From: Candidatus Gastranaerophilales bacterium
Lineage (GTDB): Bacteria; Cyanobacteriota; Vampirovibrionia; Gastranaerophilales; Gastranaerophilaceae
DNA: 64,000 bases
Direction of reading: 5' to 3'
Assembly (NCBI GenBank): GCA_905234865.1
Contig: CAJOJE010000001.1
Span: forward strand, 114,021 to 178,020
How positions within the stretch are numbered: the stretch's first letter is position 1; every line of letters begins with the position of its first letter. This document shows positions 30,082-38,460 of this stretch, in pieces. Position numbers and translations under genes: made by a program. The notes beneath the pieces were generated by a model. It had not been told where the DNA came from and did not search any database. It worked only from the letters and a program-made list of their open reading frames with translations.

Positions 30082-31170
30082 TTATTTAATTTCGTCAATT
30101 ATACCGCCACCTAAAAGGTACTCTCCGTCATATATAACGGCGCTTTGTCCTTTAGCGGGGGATTTTAAATATTCATCAAAAATAATCCGATATTTTCCGT
30201 CAATAACTTCTATAACGGCATCTTTTGGAGCCATGGCCGACCTTACTTTTGCAAGGACTTTGGTTCCGCTTTTCGGAGGCTCCGCTATCCAATTAGTATC
30301 TTTAATCGATACCTCTTTTTTAAAAGTGGAATCAACCTTGCCCACTATTACTTCATTTTTTTCTTTATCGAGTTTTATGACGTAAAGCGGTTCCGGACTT
30401 GAAATTTGAAGCCCTTTTCTTTGTCCTGTCGTATAGTTAAAATACCCTTTATGGCGACCTAAAATTTTACCGTTTTCATCAACGATATTGCCCTCAATTT
30501 CTTTAATATTCAATAAATCGTTATAACTTCCGGAATAAAAATCTTGAGAATCTTTTTTATCATAAACCTCAAGCCCGTATTCTTTTGCTTTTTCTCTAAC
30601 TTTTACCTTAGTGAGTTCGCCAAGAGGAAACAAAATATTTTTCAGTTGTTCCTGTTTTAAACGATACAAAAAATATGACTGGTCTTTTTTGTCATCAAGT
30701 GCTTTTTTCAGGTAAAACTTACCGTCTTTTTCTTCAATTCTTGCATAATGACCGGTAGCAAACTTATCAAAAATAATTCCGTTTTGTTTTGAAATTAAAG
30801 GCAATGCTTTGAATTTAATTTCGGAATTACACCTTACACACGGGTTTGGAGTATTACCGTTCAAATATTCCTCTCTGAAATTTTTTAAAACTATTTCTTC
30901 GTATTCGTTTTCGCAATGAATAACATGGTATGGTATGCCGATTTTTTTTGCAATGTTTTCGGCTTCTTTAATATCCTCTGCTTCGTCAGGCGAATAACAA
31001 GCGTTTTTACTTTTAACATGCCCTTGAGGAGTAACTTTATTTTCGCCCCAAATTGCCATTGTTGCGCCAATAACTTCATATCCTTTTTCTTTTAATAAAA
31101 TTGCAGCAACAGAGGAGTCAACACCCCCTGACAGCCCCACAAGCACTTTTGTTTTATTTATTTCAGACAT
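30082..31170 (-). CDS. mnmA: tRNA-specific 2-thiouridylase MnmA
   Basis: PP-loop GLSGGVDSSVAA, catalytic Cys region (NPCVRCN), 362 aa. Confidence 0.95.
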   Translation of the reverse strand: MSEINKTKVLVGLSGGVDSSVAAILLKEKGYEVIGATMAIWGENKVTPQGHVKSKNACYSPDEAEDIKEAENIAKKIGIPYHVIHCENEYEEIVLKNFREEYLNGNTPNPCVRCNSEIKFKALPLISKQNGIIFDKFATGHYARIEEKDGKFYLKKALDDKKDQSYFLYRLKQEQLKNILFPLGELTKVKVREKAKEYGLEVYDKKDSQDFYSGSYNDLLNIKEIEGNIVDENGKILGRHKGYFNYTTGQRKGLQISSPEPLYVIKLDKEKNEVIVGKVDSTFKKEVSIKDTNWIAEPPKSGTKVLAKVRSAMAPKDAVIEVIDGKYRIIFDEYLKSPAKGQSAVIYDGEYLLGGGIIDEIK

Positions 31171-31376
31171 TTAATTTTTTTCCTTTATTTTATACTAATT
31201 ATTGTATAGAAATGTAAATATGTCAAAGAAAATCGGCAAAAAAAAATCTTTATGATTTTATATTGTAGTATGAACACTATTCGAATTAAAAACTTTAAAA
31301 AATATTTTTTCTGTTGTTGCATAAAGTGATTTTAAACATTGTGTAGCACTTTATTTTAGTTCGGAGATTAACAATT

Positions 31377-32927
31377 ATGATAAGTCCAATTTCGATGGAT
31401 AAAGCATCGAGTATATTATATACTTTAAATAACAATGACATGCTAAGTGCCTCATTTGTTGACGTTTTCGGCATGGATACACCAAGAACGATTGTTGAAT
31501 TTAACAATAGAGGTAAACAGGCAGGGATTGAAATGGCATTCAGAGAATACTCAAGCACGCTGATTTCCGTTTTTTCTCCCGCAGCATTTGCCCTTGTTGC
31601 TTCAAAAATCGCAAACAAGTTTATTAATCCCGACGTTAAAGCAAATCCCTCTCTTTGGGCAACAGATAAATCCCTGAATGTTTTTAATTCAATTTATCAA
31701 TCATCAGATAAAACAAAACGAGGTTTTGTTGAAAATTCCCTAAATTCAATGAGCGGACTTGTCGGGCATGAGGTAAAAAGTTTTGCCGATGTTCATCCTG
31801 AAGATAAAAAAGTAATTGTAGACGATTTTTTGGAACTTATCAATAACGGAAATTTAACAAAAAAACAGGCAGAAGCACTTGAAGTTAAAATTAAAGACGG
31901 AATTATTACGTCTTTGGGTGCTGATAATAACATATTTCTTAAACATGGCGAGCATGAATTAACTTCTAATTTATCTCATTCGGTAAGGGACATTAAAGAT
32001 TTGGCAAAGAATGTTTTCTTTAATGCCGAAGGAACAAATCCCGATACCATAATTGATAAACTCAAAAAAATTAATAAGACCAGAATAGGGTTTGCAATCC
32101 CTCTTGCGATGTTATTGGGAATTACAAACCAGTATATTAACAGACAATGGACTAAAAAAAGAACCGGAATTGATAATTTTGTAGGTGAAAACGGTTATGA
32201 AAACAATGTAAATCAAAAAAAAGAAGCAAAAGAAGAAAAAGGACTTTGGTTTAAAAAACTTGCTTCAGCGGGGATTTTCTCCGCTATGGTTATAAAAACC
32301 ATGGGTGTGAAAAAGCCGTCCGAATTAATTTCCAAACTTGAATTTGACGGGCCGGTTACAAGCGGAAATGCAATTAAAGCCGTATACGGTACGTTAATTG
32401 TAGGAAGAATGCTTGCCGCAAAAGATTCAACCGAGCTTCGAGAAACCAATGTAAGAGATTATTTAGGTTTTTTAAATTGGCTTGTGCTGGGCGGCTTTGT
32501 TTCAAAAGGCGTTGCAAAATTAATGGATAAAAAAGAAGATGTTTTATTTAACGTATCCAAAAAAGGCAAGGGTGTAAGCCACTTTTTAAATGACATATCG
32601 CTAAAATCACATAAAGAAATTATTGCTCAAGGCGGAGATATTCAAGGAAATCTTAAAAAGCTCAATAAAGCGAGCCTTGCCGGCATGGGTTACAGCTTTT
32701 TAATGCTCGGTGTGTTGCTTCCTAAATTCAACATTTGGATGACAAAAAATTACGACAAATTCTTTAATAAAAATAAAGCGGAAAAAGATGATACTAACGG
32801 CAAAACCGATAATTTATCTTCAAAAACTTTTGTAAAAAGCAGTATTAATTCAGATATATTAAATTCAAAAGACGTAAAATATGCAATAAAACCTGATATG
32901 AAAGATTTTATCAAGCAAGTATCATAG
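31377..32927 (+). CDS. hypothetical membrane protein
   Basis: 516 aa with several predicted TM segments. No recognisable family. Confidence 0.5.
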   Translation: MISPISMDKASSILYTLNNNDMLSASFVDVFGMDTPRTIVEFNNRGKQAGIEMAFREYSSTLISVFSPAAFALVASKIANKFINPDVKANPSLWATDKSLNVFNSIYQSSDKTKRGFVENSLNSMSGLVGHEVKSFADVHPEDKKVIVDDFLELINNGNLTKKQAEALEVKIKDGIITSLGADNNIFLKHGEHELTSNLSHSVRDIKDLAKNVFFNAEGTNPDTIIDKLKKINKTRIGFAIPLAMLLGITNQYINRQWTKKRTGIDNFVGENGYENNVNQKKEAKEEKGLWFKKLASAGIFSAMVIKTMGVKKPSELISKLEFDGPVTSGNAIKAVYGTLIVGRMLAAKDSTELRETNVRDYLGFLNWLVLGGFVSKGVAKLMDKKEDVLFNVSKKGKGVSHFLNDISLKSHKEIIAQGGDIQGNLKKLNKASLAGMGYSFLMLGVLLPKFNIWMTKNYDKFFNKNKAEKDDTNGKTDNLSSKTFVKSSINSDILNSKDVKYAIKPDMKDFIKQVS

Positions 32928-33530
32928 ATTTTCCATAGAAAGAATTTTTTCGGTTAAACAATTTGCAATAAGTCTGTGTTGAACGGGGTCAAGATGTAAT
33001 CCGTCAATCGGTGAAACTTTTACGATGTTATTCAAATCTATGAAATCCGAATTTGTTTTTTTGGAAATTTCTTTATAAATTTCGGAAAGTTTCTTTGATT
33101 TTTCAATTGATTTAATGTCAAACTGGTGAGCAAAATTGCCGTACAGAACGTCTTTTGTAAGACAAGGCGGGCATAATAGGATTTTTTTATACAATTTAAT
33201 TTTATTTAAAGTATATAAAAGTCCTGTTTTAAAATCGTCTAAATTTACGTTATACTTGAATTGAAGGTCATTAATTCCAAGCGCAAAAACAATAAGAGAA
33301 ATGTCATTATCCAAGTAATCCAAAATGGCACTGTGTCCGACATATAAAGCGCCGCCTTGATGATTTATAAAACAATTTCTGTCGTTCAACCCTGCTTCAA
33401 CTACGGTATATTTATTTTCGAGATTTTTAGAAAGAAGCCCTGTCCAACGTATGGATTTCGGGTATCTTGAACCATCTTTGGGATTGTAACCGTATGTATT
33501 CGAGTCTCCAAAACATATAATCTTCTTCAT
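32922..33530 (-). CDS. SGNH/GDSL hydrolase family protein
   Basis: Block I GDSNTYGY, block III GINDL, block V DGLHLD. Confidence 0.82.
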   Translation of the reverse strand: MKKIICFGDSNTYGYNPKDGSRYPKSIRWTGLLSKNLENKYTVVEAGLNDRNCFINHQGGALYVGHSAILDYLDNDISLIVFALGINDLQFKYNVNLDDFKTGLLYTLNKIKLYKKILLCPPCLTKDVLYGNFAHQFDIKSIEKSKKLSEIYKEISKKTNSDFIDLNNIVKVSPIDGLHLDPVQHRLIANCLTEKILSMENL

Positions 33531-33611
33531 AAATCAAATATAACACAAGATAATGTTTTTTTCATTAATATAGAGCTTATAGATTAATAATGATAATATT
33601 ATAAGAAAATA

Positions 33612-33636
33612 AAATAAAAAAGGCTCAAATGAGCCT
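33612..33636 (-). terminator. rho-independent terminator after tRNA-Gln
   Basis: AGGCTC / GAGCCT stem with an AAAT loop and a T-run on the minus strand. Confidence 0.6.
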
Positions 33637-33644
33637 TTAAAAAC

Positions 33645-33716
33645 TGGGGCGGAAGGACTCGAACCTCCGAAATGCCTGGACCAAAACCAGGTGCCTTACC
33701 ACTTGGCGACGCCCCA
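33645..33716 (-). tRNA. tRNA-Gln (anticodon UUG)
   Basis: The reverse complement folds as a cloverleaf: acceptor UGGGGCG/CGCCCCA, anticodon stem CCUGG/CCAGG with loop UUUUGGU, and a GGUUCGAGUCC T-arm. 72 nt, CCA not encoded. Confidence 0.9.
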
Positions 33717-33729
33717 TTGGTATAGTTAT

Positions 33730-33758
33730 ATAATATTATGAATTATTCATGATGTCAA
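33730..33758 (-). promoter_or_regulatory. sigma70-type promoter for tRNA-Gln
   Basis: Minus strand reads TTGACA-N17-TATTAT ending about 14 nt before the tRNA 5-prime end. The -35 overlaps the stop codon of the upstream gene. Confidence 0.55.
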
Positions 33759-34573
33759 ATATTTATTTTATTTTGTCTGTTTGTAACGGCACGTATTAAC
33801 ATGTTTGAAACTTCTCTGATGTATTCTTTGGTTGTTAGTCCGTTTATAACAATATCGGCTATTTCCATAGTCGGACGTATATAGCGGAATGCGGTTTGAT
33901 TTACGTCATGGAACTGCATTGTTGCAGCTTTTCCTACCTTTCCTCTTGTTGCGGCACGAGCAAACCATCGTTCTTTAATTATTTCAAAAGGAGTATAAAC
34001 ATAAATCTTAACATCAACAATATCTCTTAGTTCTTCGTTTAGTGCGTATAAGCCTTCATTCAAAATAATTCTTGCCGGTTTTTTCTCAATTGAATTTTTA
34101 ACGCTTTCGCAGGTAATAAAATCATATTTGGGGGCATAAACCGTTTTACCCTCTTTCAAGCTGATTAAATGTTCTTTCATCAGCTCTAAATCAACCGCAT
34201 CGGGAGTATCGAAACTAAAACCGGACGCAAAAAGAGCTTCATAGTTTCCTGCTTCTTTTAGTTGTTTTGAAGCATCTTTATAATAATCATCACAGCAAAT
34301 AACGGTATAATAATCCTCTGTATTACGCTTAATACAGGCTTTCACCGTATTTGTAACAAGTGTTGTTTTTCCCGAAGCCGATTCGCCCGCAATTGACATT
34401 AAATAAACCGAATCCGGATATAAAAGAGCTTGTCTTGCTATTTTAAAAATAAATGCTTCATTAATTTTTAAAATCAGAGGTTGTTTCTGTGCTGCATCCC
34501 ACTTGATTACTTCTCTTATATTTTCAAGGATTTTAGCTATATACGGCATTTTTTGGTATGAATCTGCTTCCAT
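33755..34573 (-). CDS. uridine kinase/phosphoribulokinase family P-loop kinase
   Basis: Walker A GESASGKTT, with PRK/Udk-like downstream blocks (..IILNEGLYAL.., ..DVKIYV..). Confidence 0.7.
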   Translation of the reverse strand: MEADSYQKMPYIAKILENIREVIKWDAAQKQPLILKINEAFIFKIARQALLYPDSVYLMSIAGESASGKTTLVTNTVKACIKRNTEDYYTVICCDDYYKDASKQLKEAGNYEALFASGFSFDTPDAVDLELMKEHLISLKEGKTVYAPKYDFITCESVKNSIEKKPARIILNEGLYALNEELRDIVDVKIYVYTPFEIIKERWFARAATRGKVGKAATMQFHDVNQTAFRYIRPTMEIADIVINGLTTKEYIREVSNMLIRAVTNRQNKINI

Positions 34574-34658
34574 AAATCAATAACCTTAATTCACGTCTAA
34601 TAATATTCTACAAAAAACATTGTCTCTTTTTTATGTTAATTAAGAAAATTTAACAAAA

Positions 34659-34913
34659 TTAATCATCTGCTGTTCCGGTAGACTCGCAGCCGTCAATATC
34701 GGCGAGTTCCAAAGCTTTGTATATGGCATAAGCACCGGTTGCAAGGGCTTTGGGGTCAAGGTCTGTCTTGGATGCAAGTTCAACTAAAATCGTATTTACT
34801 TCGGGGTTTTCTTCCTTTAAATATCGAACCATTTTTTTTCGCCAAACATGAGTGTCCGCAAGAATTGCGGAAATAATTTCAGATACGATATTTTCACTTA
34901 AAATGGGTAACAT
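34659..34913 (-). CDS. hypothetical small protein (apparently leaderless)
   Basis: 84 aa ORF with no Shine-Dalgarno. The promoter -10 ends 6 nt before the ATG. Confidence 0.45.
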   Translation of the reverse strand: MLPILSENIVSEIISAILADTHVWRKKMVRYLKEENPEVNTILVELASKTDLDPKALATGAYAIYKALELADIDGCESTGTADD

Positions 34914-34919
34914 AAATAT

Positions 34920-34948
34920 ATAATATAAATTTTCTTTCTACATGTCAA
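34920..34948 (-). promoter_or_regulatory. sigma70-type promoter abutting the start codon at 34913
   Basis: Minus strand reads TTGACA-N17-TATTAT, then 6 nt, then ATG. Confidence 0.5.
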
Positions 34949-34990
34949 ATACTAAAATATTAATACTATTAGTTATATAATGATAATATC

Positions 34991-36271
34991 TTATAAAAAA
35001 TTTTGCTCTTGCGCATATAAATCAATCATATCTTTAACATATCTTGCGGCAGCCTCGCCCATGCTCATACAGGAAATTTGCGTCCGTAAAGCGGAATGCG
35101 CCATATAATCCGCACCGACGTTTCTTCCTGCACAAAGCAGGTTTGGATGATTTTTTGAAATTAAAGAGTCAATTGAAAGGTAGTATTTTCCCGTTTTTTC
35201 CAAAGTAGATTTATCTTTTGAATTTGAATGAATATCAATCGGATAATCGCCCGATAATACCGCCCTTTTTGGTAATTTTCCGCTATACAGCGTTTTTTTT
35301 GTGCAAATTTCTTTAGGAATAATTCTGTTGCCGTCCCTTATACCCGTAATTGAAGCAATATTTGAAATATAAGCATTTTCAAAACCTTTAAAATATTTTT
35401 TAGTAAAATTTGACAACCGAAAAATTGATTTTCTTGCCTCAATTAAAGAATTTGAAAATGAATACGGGTCAGATTCATCGTAATCAGGCAGTCTTGGGCA
35501 ATTAAACGCAACGGAACCTTTTGCGCCCGCTATCGTAAAAATCTGAAAATATGCAGTATCAAACGGTTCCAGGTCACCGTTTTCAAGCGCTTTTTTAAAG
35601 ATTGGTGCCAGCCCCCAATTTTTATTGTCCCATGTATAAGCGGTCGTAAGGTGTATTTCATCGCCGATTTTAGCAGAATTTGTAACATTTCTGTCTTTAT
35701 CAACTTTAGTTATAAATTTTTCAAATTTCTTAATGTCTATTCCGCTCATGATAAACCTGAGCGATGAGGCTTGTTTTTCATTTTTTTCATTAAGAAATTC
35801 TTCATCAAGCAATTGAAAAATTTTTGAATTTCCGGTTGAATCAATAAAATAGTCCGAATAGATATGTAACGATAACATTTTTGTTTTAATTTTCAAGCCG
35901 ATAAGTTTGTTATTAAATTTTATAATGTCGTAGGGAATTGTTTCGTATAAAATTTTAACTCCCGAATTTATCAGCATATCTTCTAAGGCAATTTTCAAAA
36001 GTTCGGGATTAAACCAACCTCTATTCCCGTCTTTATAAGTTATTTGCGCATTGAATTTTTTTGCTTCACCAATCAGTTTCTCATAAAATTCTGTGTTGAT
36101 TTTCCCGCAATCGGTTTTCATAGCAGGGATGACAAGTCCTCCGGACGATAAACCTCCCAAGAAATTATTTTTTTCAATCAAAAGTGTTTTTAAATTTAAT
36201 TTCGCCCCTATATATGCTGCGGCACACCCTGATATCCCGCCGCCGATAACTACTAAGTCAAATTTTTCCAT
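34991..36271 (-). CDS. FAD-dependent oxidoreductase
   Basis: N-terminal dinucleotide-binding motif DLVVIGGGISGCAAA..E, 426 aa. Confidence 0.8.
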   Translation of the reverse strand: MEKFDLVVIGGGISGCAAAYIGAKLNLKTLLIEKNNFLGGLSSGGLVIPAMKTDCGKINTEFYEKLIGEAKKFNAQITYKDGNRGWFNPELLKIALEDMLINSGVKILYETIPYDIIKFNNKLIGLKIKTKMLSLHIYSDYFIDSTGNSKIFQLLDEEFLNEKNEKQASSLRFIMSGIDIKKFEKFITKVDKDRNVTNSAKIGDEIHLTTAYTWDNKNWGLAPIFKKALENGDLEPFDTAYFQIFTIAGAKGSVAFNCPRLPDYDESDPYSFSNSLIEARKSIFRLSNFTKKYFKGFENAYISNIASITGIRDGNRIIPKEICTKKTLYSGKLPKRAVLSGDYPIDIHSNSKDKSTLEKTGKYYLSIDSLISKNHPNLLCAGRNVGADYMAHSALRTQISCMSMGEAAARYVKDMIDLYAQEQNFL

Positions 36272-36435
36272 AAAATAATTATCTCATAATTAAAAAGCAT
36301 GGAATGTTTATCTTTGTGTTTAATTGCCTTTTTACCCCAAAAAATATAAAGCTTCTTACCAACGGGCTTTACAGCCTATTATAAAACGTGTAGTAATGTA
36401 TCTATAATGTATATTATGTAAAATGTCAAATATTT

Positions 36436-37083
36436 TTAACAGAGTAATATAGATGAACGACAAAAGACTAAAGACTGCTTATATAAAATTTCAGACCTTG
36501 ACCTTAAAACAACAGGATTAAGAGGGGATTTTTTGTTTTTATAATCAAAAATAAACTGTAAAGTTTTATTAACAAAATTCTTTGCACGTGCGTAAAATTT
36601 TTTATATAAATCAGGGCGAAATTTCTTAGTGAGTTCAATATAATAACGAGGAATTCGATATTTTTGCTTATCGAAAAAACAATAACCTTGACTAATAACT
36701 GAATCAATATTATCTAAAAAATATTTTTTACCAAAACCAATAGAAGCACGATTAAAACTGGGGACATAACCATAATCATCACCTTTTGCCTTATCGGTTA
36801 AATATCGAGCAGTATAAGAAGCTGCTTTTAATGAAAAAAACTGCCCAACAAAAATATAGCCAAACCGCCAAAGAGAATTAAGAAAGTCAAAGCCAAACAC
36901 GAGATTATTAGAGCGGCACCGACGCTTATAAGGGTTTCTGCGAATTCCTGGATTTTTCTCAACATAGGAATTATGGTATGACAATAAATCGTTAAAGTCA
37001 ATACCATAAAAAATAATATGATAATGCGGACGGTGATAATTAGAGCCATACTCACCACATAAAAAATATTTAATACCTTTTAT
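36436..37083 (-). pseudogene. 5-prime-truncated HUH rolling-circle replication initiator (Microviridae VP4 / phage CRI-like Rep) fossil
   Basis: The open frame extends upstream of the track ORF to a stop at 37084-37086. It encodes ..YFLCGEYGSNYHRPHYHIIFYGIDF.. (HUH motif 2) and ..AASYTARYLTDK.. (two-Tyr motif 3). There is no canonical start upstream of motif 2, and motif 1 is missing. Confidence 0.65.
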
Positions 37084-37173
37084 TTAAACTTGTGTAACAA
37101 TTTTTAAAAAAATATAAAGAATGAAAAAGAAATGACGTTTATATAAATATAAAAATAACGGAAGGAGATATTA

Positions 37174-37455
37174 ATGCCAATAGGCGGAATAGGCGGCGGC
37201 GGAGAAAATCCGTTTTTAAAAAAAATGGAAGAATTAAAAGATTTAAAAAATAATTCTCCGGACACCGTTAATAGCGACATTAAAACAACCTCGCCCGACA
37301 AAACATCCGAAGTAAAAAAAACCGATATGGATAAAGGGCAGAGCGAAAACAATGCCGACAACCATAATGCGGGCGCAATTGACCGATCACAATTTACTAA
37401 CGAAAGCGATATGCAAGAAATTGATTTAGAAGAATTTGAGGATGATTTCAAATAA
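37174..37455 (+). CDS. hypothetical small Gly-rich/acidic protein
   Basis: 93 aa with a strong RBS (GGAAGGAG) and a terminator downstream. No recognisable family. Confidence 0.45.
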   Translation: MPIGGIGGGGENPFLKKMEELKDLKNNSPDTVNSDIKTTSPDKTSEVKKTDMDKGQSENNADNHNAGAIDRSQFTNESDMQEIDLEEFEDDFK

Positions 37456-37480
37456 AAATTATCCGTTGTATTGCCAAAAA

Positions 37481-37520
37481 TTTGCCCTGTGAATTTCAAT
37501 AATCCACAGGGCAAAATTAT
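37481..37520 (+). terminator. rho-independent terminator
   Basis: TTTGCCCTGTG / CACAGGGCAAA 11-bp stem. Confidence 0.7.
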
Positions 37521-37754
37521 AGATTGAAAAATAATTATCGATACGTTTCTAATAGTATTATACTTATAATGTTTACGGGAAAAATCAAACTGTTATCATT
37601 ATATTGCTTTTAGAACTATGTTTTAAATTTACTTACTTTTAAAATTTCATTTGGAATTTTTTTTTCAAAACAGATAATATCGTTATTTTCTCCTTTGGAT
37701 TATCCAATGTATTTTTTATACAAAAAAATTATATTGAACAAAAAGGAGAGAAAA

Positions 37755-38432
37755 ATGTTTACAAATCCGATTTCAAAAATAAAAGTGCTCATTGCGGATG
37801 ATCATAAACTTATAAGACTGGGATTAAAGAACAGTCTTGAAAAAAACGGCGAAATTGAAGTCGTACAGGAAGCCGATAACGGTAAAGACGCTATCAGTAA
37901 AATTAAAAATCATAATATTGATGTTGCGGTTATTGACGTAATTTTAGAAGATATGTCAGGACTTGAAGTGATAAAAAGGGCGGGTGAATTCACAAACGAC
38001 ACCAAATTTATTGCTCTTACTTCGCAAATAAACGAAAAGGATGTCATAACTTCAATTCAAAACGGAGCTTTGGCATATGTTTTAAAAGATATATCAAGCG
38101 AAACATTTTCCGTTATCGTAAAAAGCGTATACAGAGGGTGTATGTGGCTTGATTGGCGAGCTGTATCCGCTTTAAAACAGTCAAAAAATTTAATAATTCC
38201 GCAAAGAGCAACTTCAAGGGCTAAATTTAAAGCAAGTCACAACAACCTGACAGAAAGAGAATACGAAGTTTTAAAACTCGTTGTTGACGGAAAATCTAAT
38301 CTTGAAATAGCTAATGAATTGCATATATCCGAGCACACATCAAAAGCGCATGTTTGCAATATAATACAAAAGCTTGTGGTGGATGACAGAACTCAAGCAG
38401 CCGTAAAAGCCCTTAAAGAAGGGATTGTCTAA
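37755..38432 (+). CDS. NarL/LuxR-family response regulator
   Basis: Start placed at the internal Met (MFTNPISKIKVLIADDH), preceded by AAGGAG. Receiver domain followed by a LuxR-type HTH (LTEREYEVLKLVVDGKSNLEIANELHISEHTSKAHV). No kinase gene adjacent. Confidence 0.88.
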   Translation: MFTNPISKIKVLIADDHKLIRLGLKNSLEKNGEIEVVQEADNGKDAISKIKNHNIDVAVIDVILEDMSGLEVIKRAGEFTNDTKFIALTSQINEKDVITSIQNGALAYVLKDISSETFSVIVKSVYRGCMWLDWRAVSALKQSKNLIIPQRATSRAKFKASHNNLTEREYEVLKLVVDGKSNLEIANELHISEHTSKAHVCNIIQKLVVDDRTQAAVKALKEGIV

Positions 38433-38433
38433 T

Positions 38434-38460
38434 AAAAGGGGTAATTAAACCCCTTTTATT
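38434..38460. terminator. bidirectional rho-independent terminator
   Basis: AAAGGGG / CCCCTTT stem flanked by A- and T-runs, lying between two convergent genes. Confidence 0.7.

Noticed and set aside
36828-37058. 76-aa minus-strand ORF overlapping the Rep fossil
   Set aside because: It is in a different frame from the HUH-motif-bearing frame. Its hydrophobic I/L/F-rich translation is typical of an AT-rich off-frame artefact.
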